Under the pieces are notes generated by a model, which saw only the letters and a program-made list of their open reading frames with translations, made no database searches and had not been told where the DNA came from. From the NCBI GenBank assembly GCA_040222015.1, contig JAVJWO010000010.1, positions 14,669 through 78,668 of the forward strand: DNA of 64,000 bases, read 5' to 3'. Position numbers and translations under genes: made by a program. The stretch's first letter is position 1, and each line of letters starts with the position of its first letter. Positions 62,691 to 64,000 of this stretch are shown here, piece by piece. This stretch comes from Coleofasciculus chthonoplastes F2-STO-03 (GTDB taxonomy: Bacteria > Cyanobacteriota > Cyanobacteriia > Cyanobacteriales > Coleofasciculaceae).

Positions 62691-62857
62691 GTCGGGGCGG
62701 GTTTAGTTATAGCAATAGACACATCGATTAGGACGTTCGGCACCATTGTAGAGACGCGCCATGGCGCGTCTCTACATAAATGATGTGTCCTAACAGCCAT
62801 GGCGGTTGCTATACATCTAGGTTTCACCGAAAAGATAGTAGTGAAACCCGCCCCTAC
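62691..62857. mobile_element. Nested repeat: REP pair > MITE > REP palindrome
   Basis: Outer GGGGCGGGTTT/AAACCCGCCCC, middle TATAGCAA/TTGCTATA (62708-62813), inner GTAGAGACGCGCCATGGCGCGTCTCTAC (62748-62775). Confidence 0.75.
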
Positions 62858-63081
62858 ACAATCTCCCCCATCTCCTGATAACTGCTCACTGATAACTGCT
62901 CACTGATAACTCGCCCTCTCAACACAATAGAGCGCTACGTCCTCAACTAAGGGATATAGCGCTCGCTATGTTATAACAGGTGTTCTTATTATGGTTAGGG
63001 TCTTTATAATGGCTGACCCCATTTGAACTATTATCAGGATCTCATGATTTTTGGGTTGCCTGCATTTTTATAATCTTTTCT

Positions 63082-63672
63082 TTATATTTCTGTTTGTCTT
63101 GATTTATCATTTTTTGTAAAGTTATGTTGCTTGCTGGGCAGTGATACGCCAAGAATTTGAGTGACCCATACTTCAAAGTCGCGAATCGGAGAAGTGTAGG
63201 TAGTCTGAGAGGGATCTATCATCGGTTCGACGAGAATGGTAAACATTCCCAATCGGTTACCTGCCAAGACATCTGTAAACAAGCGATCGCCTACCATAGC
63301 GATTTGTTCGACTGGCAAATTCATGGCGGCGGCGGCTTGTTTTAATTTGCGTCGGGATGGTTTAACCGCACCGTGGAGATAAGGCAGATTCAGGGAGTTA
63401 GCAATCCCACCAATGCGCGTCTCACTCAGATTATTACTCACTAGCCACAGAGACGCTACTGATCGAATATCTTCAACCCACGCCCTGAGTTCGTCTGAGG
63501 CTTGGGAGGCTTTCAGAGGAACCAAGGTTTCGTCTACATCCAGCACTAATCCTTTAAGCTTATAGTGTTGCAGGATATCTCGGGTTAACCCCACAATTGG
63601 AGCCTCCAGAACTAAGTCAGGTTCCAAGTTTGATACCCAAGCCATCTTTTCTAAGTTTGATACCCAAGACAT
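63082..63672 (-). CDS. YqeG family HAD IIIA phosphatase
   Basis: LVLDVDETL, VSNN, KPSRR, MVGDRLFTDV; start 63672 or 63645. Confidence 0.92.
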   Translation of the reverse strand: MSWVSNLEKMAWVSNLEPDLVLEAPIVGLTRDILQHYKLKGLVLDVDETLVPLKASQASDELRAWVEDIRSVASLWLVSNNLSETRIGGIANSLNLPYLHGAVKPSRRKLKQAAAAMNLPVEQIAMVGDRLFTDVLAGNRLGMFTILVEPMIDPSQTTYTSPIRDFEVWVTQILGVSLPSKQHNFTKNDKSRQTEI

Positions 63673-63834
63673 AAGCCGCGATTTGTCCTCAGCCAGTAAT
63701 TTCATTCCCACCTACTCAACATTCCCACCTACTCAATGGTTGTCGCAGTGTTCCTGCTTCATATAGCGTAGCAGTCTTCGCGATCGCAAGGGTGAAACGG
63801 GAGGGGACTTGAGCCGATCAGTTTAGTCTCACTC

Positions 63835-64000
63835 TTGACAATCCCCGTCCTATAAGTAAGGGGATTCTTAGTTCCACGACACACCTTATAGCTATCTATC
63901 CTTGCGGCAATACTTAAACCAAATACCCGTAGAAAACCACCAAGTATTGAGCCTAACTTAGATAACCCCAGAGGGCTTGTCTCCCTAAGCGTAATGGTAC
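63835..64000 (-). mobile_element. IS200/IS605 right end / tnpB omega-RNA region, continues beyond window
   Basis: Minus strand TACGCTTAGGGAGAC...GAACTAAGAATCCCC-N13-GGGGATTGTCAA, the typical cyanobacterial tnpB 3' end. Confidence 0.75.

Overview
Chromosomal window from a filamentous cyanobacterium. Evidence: frequent HIP1 octamers (GCGATCGC), STRR heptamer repeats, hli, sasA, desB, cyanobacterial-type PEP-CTERM tails and a patN-like gene. An Oscillatoriales/Coleofasciculus-like source is my impression only. Housekeeping genes (ftsH 5' part, fghA, sigA, purS/purQ, zur, GH57, sasA, hisS-like/hisG, desB, ilvA, proB, yqeG) are interspersed with accessory DNA. The main accessory block (3.3-25 kb) is a surface/signalling cluster: TpsB, two PEP-CTERM proteins, a repeat-rich TpsA, an exported TPR-CHAT protease, DUF928, a CHASE2 histidine kinase, a NarL-type regulator and a secreted propeller protein. 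Three promoter regions in it share a palindromic TTGCAS-TTTT-STGCMA motif, and the two PEP-CTERM genes share a colinear ~130-bp upstream block. Candidate defence genes are an AT-rich ABC-ATPase + TOPRIM pair beside a ThiF remnant, a KAP NTPase bracketed by direct repeats, and a triple-TIR/TM/WD40 protein. Up to four tnpB-less IS200/IS605 right-end (omega-RNA-like) structures and many GTAG-REP/MITE repeats occupy the intergenic space. No rRNA, tRNA or CRISPR array was found. All family calls rest on motif recognition, not database searches.
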